Shown here one piece after another: positions 1 through 16,758 of a stretch of DNA of 56,383 nucleotides. The notes under the pieces are model-generated. The model did no database searches. It had not been told where the DNA came from and saw nothing but the letters and a program-made list of their open reading frames with translations. The DNA is from Batkoa obscura (taxonomy: Eukaryota): NCBI GenBank assembly GCA_030770535.1, contig JASVEC010000107.1:1-56383 (forward strand), in the 5' to 3' direction. A program made the translations under genes and the position numbers. Every line of letters starts with the position of its first letter. The first letter of the stretch is position 1.

Positions 1-501
1 GTAAGAAATAAAGTTCCTTATAGTAAGGAATTTAAAGAACTCAAAGAAGTTCATCGAATTTTAATTTCAAATCTTCACTATAATGTAACTATACAAGATA
101 TTGAAGAATTATTTGGCCAAATTGGTCGCATTCGCTCTGCTAGCTTAAATTTTGATTCCAATGGAAAGTCTCAAGGTACTGGTGAAGTTATTTTTACTCG
201 TGCTTCGGATGCTGCTGCTGCTTTTAAAAAATATCATGGTGTTACCCTTGATGGTCGTTCTATGAAGTTAGCTCTTCCTTATACTCCATCAGCTGTAAAG
301 GCACCAATTTCAACTCGTGTTAGAATACCTCGTGATATTTCTAATGATAAGAGGGCCAATGGTAGTAGAAAAGGTAATAACCAACGTCACCATAAAGCAC
401 GTCGTAATAATGATTCTCGTCCAAAGAAAACCAAGGAAGAGCTTGACCAAGAGTTAGATTCAATCTATTCTAAACCTTCAACCGAAACCAAAGAAAATTA
501 A
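1..501 (+). CDS. YRA1: mRNA export adaptor ALYREF/THOC4/Yra1-like RRM protein, 5'-truncated by window edge
   Basis: Frame 1 is open from base 1: ILISNLHYNVTIQDIEELFGQIG...FDSNGKSQGTGEVIF...YHGVTLDGRSMKL (RRM), followed by the C-terminal REF box KKTKEELDQELDSIY. Confidence 0.85.
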   Translation, partial: VRNKVPYSKEFKELKEVHRILISNLHYNVTIQDIEELFGQIGRIRSASLNFDSNGKSQGTGEVIFTRASDAAAAFKKYHGVTLDGRSMKLALPYTPSAVKAPISTRVRIPRDISNDKRANGSRKGNNQRHHKARRNNDSRPKKTKEELDQELDSIYSKPSTETKEN

Positions 502-2123
502 CTTTATTAATCAAACCTCTTCTATATAAATTACAATTCAATTCAATTCATATATGTTTGGTAACTTTACAAAATTACAAATTGAGTTCCTATATTTTCT
601 ACGTAAAAGAGGAACCCATTTGGTTAATATATTATGATTTTAATATAAAGACGTCAATTGTTATATAAAGGATTTTTAATTTTAACAAAATATAAGCAAC
701 TTATATAAGCTATTACAAATTCACTTAATTATTTTTTTATATTATCAAAAGAGCTAAAAATCATCAGGTGGTTCATTAACAGCTATAAATAAAAATATAT
801 TAATAAAACAGGGAAATAATCTATAAGGAAAGAAGGTTTCTTGTATTATAATTATCAATGAATCAAGCTTTGATCTTCAGTATCTTACTGGGTTTAGTAA
901 ACTTCAATTTTATAAAGGATAAAGGATAAAGCATTATAGTGGCTAAAAATATATTAGTAAAAAAAAGTTTTGAGGATGTAACAGATATCTCAGAGGCCAG
1001 AGAGAGAATAAATAAGTAATGATAGAGGTATAAAAATTTAAACGAAAAGGTCAGTTTAATAAAAAATATAAAAGATTTATAAGGATTTGATGTAGGTTAT
1101 AGATAAAGATAAGTCTCAGAATATTGGTAATGAGTTCACTTAATTTATTATAACGAAAAGGTTAGATGTAATAAAGAGTGATTTTTAAAATAGGTATATA
1201 GAAATTATAAATTAATAATAGGAATAATGTATTTATAAACAACGTAATAAGTAAGTTAAAAGTTATGAATCTAAGTGTTTTTGGCAAAATTGATGATTTT
1301 AAACTAAAAAAATAGTTTAATAAACATCCTAGCGTAATATCTATTTTTCATATAGTTTTATAGAGTATGTCACTTTAAATTTTAAATTTTTAGTAAATGT
1401 ATTATGGTAAGATAGTAATCATATGAAACACTAAACAATCTTTTTTAATTTAGGTATATCAGTAATATCAAAAAATACTTTACCAATCTAATATACAAAA
1501 CTTAATAATTTAGTGTAAATGTATTATTTTTAAGCTTTATATAGATCTATTATTCAAATCTAATACTACAAGTTCTAACATCATTATTTTTAACTTACAT
1601 TTATCTTATCAAGTACAATAATTAGCCTTAAATAGCGCCTCTTTCAGTTCTATAAGATTTCACTTTATTTTTAATAAGTATTATAAAATAGTCTATTTCA
1701 AATTTTGAATCATTTTTTAAACTTAATACCTTATTTCATCAAAACAAGACACTTAAATAATTTTATACTAAATGAATTGATATTTTAGAATAATAATTAA
1801 TAAAAATAATAAAAATAAGTATCCTATTTCATGGTGATTGAAGTGCTTCATGTAAAAAGTTATAAGGTATTGGTCATTAAAAATTTTGAATTTTAATGAA
1901 ATAGCTTGATATGAATATAATATATAATATAACTATAATTATATATATGCTAATACAACAGAATATTAATGATTAGTTAATGAGATCGTTATTAAATAGT
2001 ATATTTATTATATATACATATATCCCATTTTAACAATAATCAATTTTTTAAAAAAAGATAGGTGTTTATATTAAGTTTATTTAAAAAAATGTAATAAAGA
2101 AAAGTAAAATTAAGAATAGTCGA

Positions 2124-2810
2124 TCAATACCAAGTTTTATAAACGAAAGCTCTAAAAGAGAGAAGGCCAACAGCTAAAATAATTGCCCAAGAATATAAAT
2201 TCCAATAAGGAATTTCTGTTTGAATCAAGTATTCAAATCTTATAATAGCTGGTGTTAAACAACCACCAAAAAATACAATATGATTCCAAAATAGATGTTT
2301 CGTTACATTCTTCTTACGTATATAATAAATAGCTAAACATTGGGCAATAACTTGTAAAGTACCACCAATACTTACAGCAATAGGGAAAAAAGCTACCCCT
2401 TCAAATCTTTCATACCATGCGGTAACTAACCCAATAATTGTTGATGAGATACCAAAGATGAAGCTTAATCTACCTAACCAAATATGCATTTTTCTATAAA
2501 TTGGGCCATGAGATGGGGTATGTAAAAAATTAATCATACATATAATTGTAATTAATGATGCATTAAGTAAATGAATTATAAAACAGGGTCCTATTCCTTT
2601 AAAAAAATAAGGAATACCATGTACAAATATAAACCAAAAACCTAAACTTATCCCTAGTAATAACCAGATATTGAAATTAATTTTCCAAATCGCTCTGTTA
2701 ATATTGTCTTCTTTGATTCTAATATATATATATTTTATTAATAAATGATATTAATAAATAAGATAAATAGGCAGATAGAGATAGACTTACAAATTAGCTT
2801 CTGCGTTCAT
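2124..2810 (-). CDS. Multi-pass membrane protein of unknown function (2 exons; intron 2719-2790)
   Basis: ATG at 2810; a GTAAGT..TAG intron joins MNAEANL in frame to the 2124-2718 exon; several hydrophobic segments, with HIWLGR and H-x-F-W-N-H motifs. Confidence 0.7.
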
Positions 2811-3926
2811 TATTTTTATTTTTATTTTTATTTTGGCTCACTTTGTCTATATATACTATCTCAACTGCACGTTTATAATTTCAATCTATCTCAAACATAA
2901 ACTAATAAGAAGGATTGAATTTCTATTCTTACTATTTACTCCATAATATACAATTCTAATTAATGTTTAAAGGGTATTTAATTATAGCGCTTCCAAGTTT
3001 AAAAGAAGCTTTTATTAATTAATAATGCCGCATTTACTAAAGTTGGTCAAAGGCATTTTAAACTAAAATAAAAAAACCGAAGTTCTTGTAAAAAATAATA
3101 CCGTTTTCATTTTATGATTATCATAGTAAAAGATTATCTTTTTGTGAGTTTAAATTTTATTGTTCAAGACCAAAAGTTTCTAATTCGATTCTTGTTTTTA
3201 GTTTTACTTTTTAATTTGCAATAATTTTCAATAAAATTTATCTTTTAGTATTCTCCTTTTATAGAATAGGTTAGTTTTCTATTCGTTCACTTCATAACTC
3301 GACTATTTATAATAATGTTATAAATTCAATTGTGCTATTACAACAGTATAAAGTCAACACAGTTATACAGAAGTTGATATAAAAATTAAGTAATAGGTTA
3401 TTTATTTTAATAATAAAATCTTAATAAACTATTTCTTTATTTTCAATTAAAATTTCTAATTAGACCCTAATTAAGAATTAATGAAAATAATAATCAAATT
3501 AGATTCGTGCTTCTGACTGTTTAAAATATGTGTGAGGTTTAAAAGTAAATAAAACTAATTTATTTATTTTTATCTCTTAATTGCTGAATAAAACCAAATT
3601 AGAATCTTTTGATACATTATAAATTCCATAAACACAGCAGTTAAGATGCCTTTATGCAATTATTATTGATTTTTATATAACAAAACAAAACAAAACTCAT
3701 TAGTTAAATATTGAAACAAAGAAAGGCATTTGCATTTATACATATTTTTATTTAAAAATTTAAGTTTATTAAAATGATCGAAACAAAATTCAAAGTAAAG
3801 TAAGCCACTTTTAATCACAAATTAATCAATTTCTTTAAATTTAGTAGTCATCTCTTTAATTGGCTGACACAAGAATTTTAAAATATCAACAATTCAAAAA
3901 AGTTCTTTTTATTTAATTTAAATATA

Positions 3927-6066
3927 ATGTGGCAAAAAATATTTGGTAGTCAGGATAAAAAAGAAGAATACAAAGATTCAGTAAATAAAGTGAAGTAAAT
4001 TTAAAATTAATAAATAATAAATAATAAATAATAACAAACAATAAACAATAAATAAAATTAATTTTAATGAATTAGATTTGAACCTCCCAAAGTTTCACAA
4101 GAAGAATTTCGATTTTTAATTTGTATGGATTTAGGAGATAAAAATAAGGTGACTTTATATGATAGTGAATTATATGAAAAGTAAACTAATTTATATTTAT
4201 AATATATAATATATAATAAATTTAATAATTTAACTTTATTATATTAATTAGTCCAGAGCCAATGGATCAAATACCAGTAAGTTAATGCATTATAAAACCA
4301 AAAGTAAGTTAATTAACCACTCAAATCAAATTAAAGCGTAGAGCTAGTAACTTAGGTATTATTGGGGATATGATGTTTGGTACAGTACCTATGGCCTTTA
4401 AAGGGACAACAACTAAATTACATCCTATCAATGGCAATGTACAACAATTATTAATTACTATATTATTTTCATTAAATGCAAATAATGCTATAACTATGAG
4501 TAATAAATTTATATATAATAATAAAGAAGGAAAGAAAAAAAGAAAGAAAAAAAGAAAGAAAGGATTAATATTTAAATAATTTTTATTTATAGATAATACA
4601 GAGAGTGAAAAAAAAGGATTAACAATACCATTAAAAAAAGAGAATAGTATTAATGAAGACAAATTATCCGATAACGATAGTATAACTAATTCAGAGCATT
4701 TATCAATGAATAATTCATTAGCCAGTTCATTATCTTCTTTTCATAATGTTCATTTAGATAGAAGATTAAAAAAAACAAACATGACTTCAATTGATCAAGG
4801 ACGATTTTTACCATCTACTTTACCAGGTGAAAAAAATCAAGAGAATGTAAGTTATTATCTTATTAATTTTATAATAATAATATTTTTATTTATTATTAAG
4901 GTCAATTTAGAAGGTAAAAGTAAAACAATAATATTTTCAATTGGATTATTAATTAATATTGGTAATAATCGAATTTTAAATGAATTTATTTATTCTCATT
5001 ATTCATTAATTGAAATTAAATTATATCAATTATTTAATTATATTAAATATAATTTAAGTTTACAATGTTTGAATAATTTTAAATTAAAAACTTCAATTAA
5101 ATTGGATCATTCAATATTAGATGAAATTCATTTAAAAGTTAAAAAATTTAAGTTAGATTTTATTAATTTATATTCAATGGACAGAATTCAAGTAAGTAAA
5201 AATTATTATTTAATATATTCATATTTAATATATTACATTTATATAGAATCCATTATGGCTAAATATGCAATCTTTTCCAGAAAAAAAACAAGATTATACT
5301 AATTGTTTATTACAATCTCTATCTTTTCTAATTACTAATTATGATTTAAAATCGTATAATTTGTAAGTTTTTATTCTATTTATTATTATAAAATATCATA
5401 ATTAATTTATTATTATTATTATTATTATTTAATTTATTATTATTGTTATTATTTAGTTTTATTTCATCCTTAATTACAGCTGTTTTATCTACTCATTTAT
5501 CTTGGGTACCTATTGTACCATCTGAGTTTTATAAAGTAAAATTTTATTTTATTTTATTTAATAAAATAATAATATTAATTATTCTATTTAATAGGGTCAA
5601 AATCCAAGTTTAAAATTAAGCTACAATCCTTTATGGGCTCAATTATAGTAAATTAGAATTTACTTTAATCACTTATAATTCTGTTAACTCAAACCTCTTT
5701 TTTAGTGATTTATATGGTTGTATTGGAATATATAATAAATTAAGTCGAACAATTTTAATGGGCAAAAATGATAAATTAATGGATCAATTATTATTTTTAT
5801 TAACTTATTTTATACGGTGTAATGATATTATTATTAAATCTGAAAAATGTCAATTTGATCAAATTGCTAAAAATATTCATGATATTATGGATTTAAATAA
5901 AGAAAAAGGTAATAAATATTTTATTCTTGTTTTTAATTTATATAAAGTTAAATTAAATTAATTATATATTTTAGATGAAAATAAAGAAAATAAAGAAAAT
6001 GGAGAAAGTGATAATAATAATAACAATAATAATAATAACAATAATAATAATAATAATAATAATAAC

Positions 6067-6110
<44 letters not shown>

Positions 6111-7013
6111 AAATAATAATAATAATGAAAATGAAAGTGAAAAAGAAAAGGATTTAAATATTAAACAATCTAATAGTTATGAGAGTACTACTACAGATAG
6201 TAAAAGTAATTATACTGACACTATTAATCCTTTTCAATATAATAGTGAATTTATTCAATTAAATAATATGATTGAAACACTTGTATATCCTACTATAGAA
6301 ACATCGGATATTCACTTTTTATTTTCAAAATGTTACGCACGATCATTATTATGTAATTATCATTCACATTATTTATCTGATCCTGTATTATTTGGTATGC
6401 CAAATGATATCAAAAATATAGAATTAATTCAATTAGACTTATTAAATTCATTGAAATTCCCAATTGATGAACATTTATCTCAAGCTAATTGTGTTGTAGC
6501 GGATACTACTAATTTTCAAGTAAATTTATTGGGATGTGAATTAAGGTAATAATAATAATAATAATCCTTTTTAAATCCTTTTTAAATTCTTTTTAAATTA
6601 ATGCAAGTTCTAATACTTATTTTAATTCTAGTGAAGTTGAGAATACCCCAAAATTTCATACAAAATTAATTCAACCAAGTCAACATATCTTAGAAACATT
6701 ACAAGAAACTTATCAATTATTTAAATTTGGTATGTCATCCGAATCTTGTACTCAATATTTAGAAGATCGTTTACGTCAATTACATTATAAATCTTTATTA
6801 TTAGCTTCTTTATTAAGATCTAATTCTATTGATTTTAATTTAATTAATAATTTATCTAAAACTTTAAAGTAAGTTAATAATAATTTAATTTATTTATTTA
6901 TATTAATATATTTTTAATTTTATATAATTCTCAGCTGTCATGAATCTGATTTACCAATCATTGTTTCTATAACAAAAACATATGATCCATTAGCTAATCA
7001 TTTACCATGGTGA
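3927..7013 (+). CDS. Folliculin-interacting protein (FNIP1/2, Lst4 family), multi-exon
   Basis: Spliced motifs GDMMFGTVPMAFKGTTTKLH, LITAVLSTHLSWVP, YNPLWAQLSDLYGCIG and LLFLLTYFIRC match the FNIP N/M/C blocks; ATG at 3927, TGA at 7011-7013. Confidence 0.88.
6013..6126 (+). repeat. (AAT/AAC)n coding microsatellite, poly-Asn tract in FNIP
   Basis: Reads ESD-NNNN...-ENESEKEKD in the FNIP frame; the poly-Ile ORF at 5975-6157 is the wrong frame. Confidence 0.9.
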
Positions 7014-7037
7014 TTAAAAAAAACATTTGAATTTTTT

Positions 7038-10089
<3,052 letters not shown>

Positions 10090-10322
10090 CTCAGATTTTA
10101 TTTTTATAATTTAAAAAAATAAAATTTAATTTTTTAAAAAACAACGCTATTTTAATTTATTCTAAGCCACTGAGGAATTCTACCAATAAACTAAACTTCC
10201 TTCAATTTACCAATGATGTAGACAAATTGAAAATTTTCGGTTCTGAATAACGTAATAAATAATATAAAAGCGATATTTGAACTGCAAAAAAAGGTATTTC
10301 AATTTGTTTCAATTCTAAGATC

Positions 10323-11653
10323 ATGCTATTAAAACAACTTCATCTCACTAGATTCAATTCTTTCTATCAATTAATTCGAAATTATACAAGTAACTTCACC
10401 AATTTTATTTATAGAACCTAATCCTCTAATAATTCTCTTATTAGCTTATAAACATGACAACATAAACAAAATCATATCACTAACACTCCCCAATGCAGCT
10501 GTGAAACAGCTAGATTATTATTGGTTACGAGATAATTGTACTTGTCCTCAATGTATTGATCCAAGTAGTACTCAAAAGTTACATTCTAGTGGAGAAATTA
10601 ATTTGGATTTAAAATTAAAAGATATGAAAGTTGAACAAAATCAATTAAAATTATTATGGGAAAAAAATTCATTAATAAATGAAGTAGAGGAGGAATTAAA
10701 AAAGGGAAAGCTTGAAGAAGGTCATAAAACTGTTTATGATTTGAAGGATTTAACTGGTGAAATCGAACCCTTATTAAGTGTTCCTATTAAAATTTGGGAT
10801 GATACAATCCATTTAAAAAACATAACATTTGATTATCAACACTACCTCAAAGACCCTAAATTACCACTTTTAAATTTATATAAATATGGTATAGTCTTAT
10901 TAAATAATGTAGAATCTGGAGAAAATATAGTGAATAAGATAGGAGAAAAAATAGGACCTATTATGAGTACTTTTTATGGTACTAATTGGCATGTAAAAAG
11001 TGTAACTAAGCCTAATAATATAGCTTATACTGGGTTAAAGCTGAATTTTCATATGGATTTATTGTAAGTATTATTATTATTATTATTCAATTTTTATTTT
11101 TGTTTATATCATATTAATTTTATATTATAATGATAGATATTTTGAATCCCCACCAGGCATTCAACTATTAAATTGTCTTGAAAATGAAGCTACTGGAGGT
11201 AATAGTTTATTTTTAGATGGGCTAAAAATTCTATCTGATTTAAAACATCAATTCCCAGAATATTACAATATATTACAACAAACTCTAGTAACTTACAAAT
11301 ATAATAATGATGGTCATCATATGATTTTTAAACGACCTATTATAGAAGAAAATCATAACTTTAATTCATCACCCAATTTCAATTATGCTCCACCCTTTAT
11401 GGGTAAACTGGATCTAGTCAATATTAATCAATGTCAATTATTTTATAAAGCAATGAGTAAATTAGATGAATTAATATCCCAAAATCAAATTTTATTAAAT
11501 TTTAAATTAAATAAAAATACTTGTGTACTATTTAATAATCGACGTTTATTACATGCAAGAGAAAAATTCGAAACTTCAGGTAATCGACACTTTAATGGCA
11601 CTTATGTAGGTTTGGATCCCTTTTTAGATACTATTCGTAAACTGATTAAATAA
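10323..11653 (+). CDS. Gamma-butyrobetaine dioxygenase-like Fe/2OG oxygenase (GBBH/TauD family; Aim17-like), 3 exons
   Basis: WLRDNCTCPQC Zn motif, NIAYT...HMDLLYFESPPGIQLL (HxD), NNRRLLHAREKF; N-terminus MLLKQLHLTRF resembles a mitochondrial presequence. Confidence 0.88.
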
Positions 11654-11755
11654 TTATTAAATTAATTGAGTTTTAAAGTTTAAAGTTTGTTACTTTTATT
11701 TTGATTATTACTATTATTATATTTATTTGTTTTATTTATTTACTTATTACTATTT

Positions 11756-12997
11756 TTATTTCATTTTTTTCAATTCTTCGATCGCTTTTAATAAAAATTC
11801 AATAGCATGATCCGGTTCATTGTAAGTTAAACTACTTAATGCATTTTTAATCAACTTCTTTCCTTCAGTTTCTGCTTCTTGTTTTCGATTGATATCATCA
11901 TAGTTAATTTCATTAGCTATCGTATCTCTATTATAACTATTATAACTATTATTATTATTAATTATAGATTGTTGATTAAAATTAGGAGTTTGTTGTTCAT
12001 TATTAATTTCTTTAAAAGCCTTATTGTCATTACTAAAGCTAAGCTTAGTCTGTTGTTCGTTTGAATCCAAACCATTTTCTTCCGATTTAGTAATTGGACT
12101 AATAGGTGGATATTGTTGTGATAAATTGCTCCATTCATTAGGTGGCTCGATTGGTGTATGCTCATTTGGTGGAATATACGCTTCTTCTCCTAATTAATAA
12201 GTGGAAATATAAAAACATTTAAAAAAATTTATATTAAATTCAATTTACCTTTATTCTTTATACCTTCTTTCATTAATTTATTCACTTGTACTGCTTTGTA
12301 CTTACAATATGTCATCTTTTCTTCTAGCTTAAAACAAGTATTAGTTAATTTTATATAAAAAATAACCTAGTTTTTCTATTGATTGTTCCTTACCTCTGGA
12401 TCTTTTTCTCCACAAGTAATAATTAGTATTTCTAAAAAATTACCAGCAGCTAAATAAGCCATAGAGGTTTTACTAATTTATTATTAAATCTTTTTTAGAG
12501 ATATCATATACATAAATCGACTTACGCATCATAAGCTTTTTGATGAAATCCATTCTCTGCTTTTTGAAACGCTTGATCTATTACTTTCTGTAATTGTAAT
12601 TTAGCTTCATCATCATTGACTAAATATCCTTTTTTTAATAATAACTCTTTTTCCTAATAAAAATAAATTATTTGATTCTGTTGAACTTGACATCAGTTTT
12701 TATTCCATTTGATACTTTTTATTACTTTAAAATATTTCACTTACTTTCTCTGCCCTATCCATTAAATTACTTAAATAAAGTTTACTATCATCTTGCATTA
12801 AATTTAATCCCATTGACTTATTAATCCCATGTAACAAACCTAAATACAGAAAATTGTTTTATTATTAAATGATAATTAATAGTTAATTGAATTGATTATC
12901 ACTTACAATAATAAGATACCAAGGGTAACTTCCCTTTAACCTCCTTTGATCTTGTTAAAAATTGATTGATACTCTTTAATTCTACAGGTAAATTCAT
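11756..12997 (-). CDS. VTA1: Vta1/LIP5, Vps4 activator (ESCRT), multi-exon
   Basis: N-terminal MIT-like LPVELKSINQFLTRSKEV..PLVSYYC; C-terminal VSL domain GKKLIKNALSSLTYNEPDHAIEFLLKAIEEL. Confidence 0.85.
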
Positions 12998-14294
12998 ATA
13001 GTTTTATATTTACTTAATTACTAATCAAAAAAGCTCAATTTATTTGGTTTACTAAAAGTTTGATTTTGTTTTTTAAAAATAATGTCCAATAAAGGAAAAG
13101 ATAGCATAACCAATAAACGGACACCAAGTAAAAAGGATGGATAGTAAACTAGACAAGGGGAAGCTAGAAAGTGCAAGGACTTTACTCTTACAATTTAACT
13201 AATACTGATATATTTTATTATCTCTCAATATTATAAAAAAAATTAAACTCTTGATTTTAAAGAGATTCTAGACTCCAAGAATCTATCTCCTATTCTAAGC
13301 TAATCTTCACAAGTCTATGAAAGGTAGCACCTAAAATAATTATACCATATATATATAATAAGCAATACTTTAATAAACAGGATAACTATATTCTATAAAT
13401 GCAAATCTAATTATACCTATAAAAAGCTCTAAAAAAATTATTTGAATCGGATTAGATTCCGTCTGATTAATAGAATAGCATTGTTGATAGCGACAACTTG
13501 AGAATTAATATCAATATATATTAGAATGTGTTAGAATGACGCTATAATGTAATATTAACTGCTGACTGGATAAATAACTAATAGTTTGATAAAACTATCA
13601 AATCAATAGAATTTTAAATGCTACTATTATATAATAACAGCGGAAAGGGTTTTATATTAGAATAAAAACAAATAGACTAACTGATGCCTTAGTAGCAATC
13701 CTCTTATCAACATACAGGCAAGCCACATTATTGTCGAGCTTTTTTGCTACACATTGTGGCATCATTTGAATGATTCCACTAACGGTATCAGCTTCGCATT
13801 GAACCAGAAATAACAAGCCCAAAAGTATTTGGCTAATATAGAACTTTATAACCACAATTGATACAGCACACAGCCTAGACTGCGAATCACCCATAGTAAT
13901 CATTACTGCTATGTCACTGTACTTTTGATTATTATTAGCTATCTGCTGTAAAAAAACTGATAATGAAGAAACAAAGAGTGAAAAAATGGCCTTTTTACAC
14001 CTTTCAGTTATCAATTCTCAACTTTAGCAGCTACGGAGTAACTACTTAAAGTGAATTAAATCAAAACATGATGTTAAAGTCAAGCTTTTAAATTAAGTTT
14101 AAAGATTGATACAATGATCATGTATTTTATATTTATTACTTATTTTGATTCAAAAAGTTCTGATTATTTGATATAATTAGTTGACATTTAAACAAACCAA
14201 TAATAAAGCTTAAATTCAACCAACTCTAATCGAATCAAAATATTAGAATAAAGCATGTGCAATTCAATTATAGTTTCAGCCTATTCTAGCATAT

Positions 14295-16758
14295 GGGGTT
14301 GTCTGAATTAGTTTCATTATTTTATCCAATTTTAAAAAAATTTGTATTTTAAAAACTTCGCTTAAAATTCTATAAAATCACATCTTTTATTAAAACAAAA
14401 GTACCCAAACACAGTTCTAAATCATTCTATTATAGCTCATACTGTAAGTTAGTTGAATTTCTACTAGATCTTAAATACATGTTCTTATAAAGCTTAATTG
14501 AGAAATATTTATTATCAACTGCTTTATAACCAACATCGTAGATTTATTATCAAATAAATAAACTACTTTAATGTTATAATTACATTATTAATATGTTGCC
14601 AAGTTAATAAATAGCTGCATGGGAGGGAGTGGTCAGCCCCAAAACTATAATTGACCATCCCTATATAGTACAAGTAATAATAGTTTTTACATATTATTAC
14701 AGTTACTTGTTCTTTGACTATTTATTAACTTAGCTATTAATAACTTAAGTAATCCTAACATTTAACAATCTATTTCTATCATTCAACAAACTACTTACTT
14801 GCTTAGTAAATATCGAAATTTTTAAATTCTCTGTTATCTTCGTAAGGTAAGCTGGGATCGATCTTTTAATTTTTCTGTTTTCTATAGACTCTATAACTTT
14901 AATTGGGACTATATCGCTTTTTTTTGATGTATCAGATACTGGATAACAATGTAGTTTATTGTTATGTTTAATAAAATGTAAATACTTCTTAATGCCCTGC
15001 ATCTCTATTATTCTTTTTGTATTTTTGTTTCTTTTATACTTTTTAAAAATTATATCTGTTTTCCCATTATTAACAGTTGAGTTATTAATTTTATTATGCT
15101 CACAAATAAAAGCCTCAAATCTTGAAATTAATTGATCGATATCTTCTATTTTACCTAACGCTTCAAAACTACTTTTCCATTTTGAAAGGTTTCCAAAATG
15201 CCCATCAACTATACTTTTTCCATGATGCTCAGCAAAAAAATTAAGATTAACATTCAAACTACTATTTATTTTATGAATTTCTTCAAACATATAGTGTAGA
15301 AACTCTTGGGATCTAAAATGATTTCCTGTATCTGCCCATATATTAATTTTTGTAAACTTTTTAAATAGAAGCTCTGTAGAGATTAAATCGATTAAACAAT
15401 CTCCTGCATATGCTGAATCATGATTCAATATTTCAGATAAATAATCAAAGTAAACTTTGCCTATTGTTTTATCATCTTTTAAATATAATACACCAAAGCC
15501 TAATACTGATATAGCTTGTTTATTATAATGATCTAGATTTATTGAATCTGGTCTTGTCCCTATTTCCATATTTTGTTTAAAATCTAAAACTATTATACAA
15601 CTTTTGTTATTTAATTTTTTGATAGTTTCATTAAATGTGTTTTTTTGAGTATCAACACAGAATTTATGTAATTTGTATAATTTTTCTTCTTCGTTGAAAA
15701 TTTCTTCTATCTCTGCTTTGTTTTTTGCTGTATTTATTTTATTTTCAAATAACTTTTTTCTAACTGTATACTGGGTACATATATTACATAGATCCGTTTT
15801 TCTTGCTGGATTTTTGAAATTACTTGGTATATATTTAAAGAACGTTGACCTGGCTACTGCTTTATCTCTTAGATCATTCAAATATTTACTATATATCATT
15901 CTTCTACTTTTATTTAATATATATATATTATCTGATGAATATTTACTATCGTTATTTTTTTTATTAAATCTTGATGAAATAGTTGAATCATTTAGTAAAT
16001 ATTGTATGATAGTTTCAATTTGGTCATCTTTAATTTTTTTTGTATTTTTAATAATAGGTTTTAATGTTGATATTTTATTATTATTACTTGTTTTTGAATA
16101 ATCATATTGATTTCTATTTATATTAAACCCAAAACTCTTACATTCATCAAAAGAATATACTGAAGCTATAGTTGATAATAACGCTACTTGCTGATTTTTG
16201 TTTCCTGTTTCTCTTAAAGCACTAATTTTATACATTACTTGATTAAGTTTATTATTATCGATAGTAAACTTTGATAATATATCTTTTCTTTGTTTTGTTT
16301 TATTATAAAATTCCATAAACCTTGGGTTGTTGTAAGTAGCTCTTAAGATTGATGTAAATGAATTACAATGTTTATATTGTGTACTCCTCCCTATTGTATT
16401 GAAGTTTTCAAAAATTCCATTTCGAAGTTTAGTTATGAAAGTTTGCATTTTATTTTTATTTCAACAAAAAATAAAGTCAAATAAAGTCAAATAACTGTGT
16501 TTATATAATTATGTATTTATATAATTATATAATCATATAGTTATATATTATATATCTGTTAAATATCTAACAGAACTAACATAAAATATATAGTTAGGAA
16601 AATTAGCTATTTAAGAAAAGGAAACAATTAAAATAAGTTTTAAATAGAGACATTTAATTTTAGGCTTTTTAGATTTAACCGTTATATTGAACACAAACTT
16701 GGAATTTTAAATTTGGATTAATTTCTAAGTAGATTCTGAAACCAATTAGGACAGCCCC
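14295..16758 (-). mobile_element. Apparently complete cut-and-paste DNA transposon (Sola-type, Sola2-like), 2464 bp
   Basis: TIRs GGGGTTGTCTGAATTAGTTTCA and reverse-complement GGGGCTGTCCTAATTGGTTTCA (18/22 identical); ATAT on both flanks (14291-14294, 16759-16762); encloses an intact transposase ORF. Confidence 0.85.
14745..16448 (-). CDS. DDD transposase, 567 aa, intronless
   Basis: RKTDLCNIC...LHK (CxxC..H), VLDFKQN, IWADTGNHFRS, FFAEHHGKSIVDGHFG: motif pattern of Sola2-like transposases (superfamily assigned from recalled motifs). Confidence 0.8.
   Translation of the reverse strand: MQTFITKLRNGIFENFNTIGRSTQYKHCNSFTSILRATYNNPRFMEFYNKTKQRKDILSKFTIDNNKLNQVMYKISALRETGNKNQQVALLSTIASVYSFDECKSFGFNINRNQYDYSKTSNNNKISTLKPIIKNTKKIKDDQIETIIQYLLNDSTISSRFNKKNNDSKYSSDNIYILNKSRRMIYSKYLNDLRDKAVARSTFFKYIPSNFKNPARKTDLCNICTQYTVRKKLFENKINTAKNKAEIEEIFNEEEKLYKLHKFCVDTQKNTFNETIKKLNNKSCIIVLDFKQNMEIGTRPDSINLDHYNKQAISVLGFGVLYLKDDKTIGKVYFDYLSEILNHDSAYAGDCLIDLISTELLFKKFTKINIWADTGNHFRSQEFLHYMFEEIHKINSSLNVNLNFFAEHHGKSIVDGHFGNLSKWKSSFEALGKIEDIDQLISRFEAFICEHNKINNSTVNNGKTDIIFKKYKRNKNTKRIIEMQGIKKYLHFIKHNNKLHCYPVSDTSKKSDIVPIKVIESIENRKIKRSIPAYLTKITENLKISIFTKQVSSLLNDRNRLLNVRIT

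Noticed and set aside
5975..6157. Poly-Ile ORF
   Set aside because: Off-frame reading of the FNIP poly-Asn microsatellite
13082..13145. U4atac/U6atac-like words (CCATCCTTTTT on minus; AAAGGA..AGCA..AAGGATGGA on plus)
   Set aside because: No kink-turn, GGAGAG box, correct ISL spacing or Sm site; better explained as the CCAAT-containing VTA1 promoter
13652..14014. 120-aa minus-strand ORF
   Set aside because: Non-ATG start and no recognisable motif; possibly a gene relic but unsupported
15673..16101. 142-aa plus-strand ORF; also 4321-4662, 11879-12064, 31282-31491, 39204-39428, 42112-42312
   Set aside because: Antisense shadows of real genes or of the transposase
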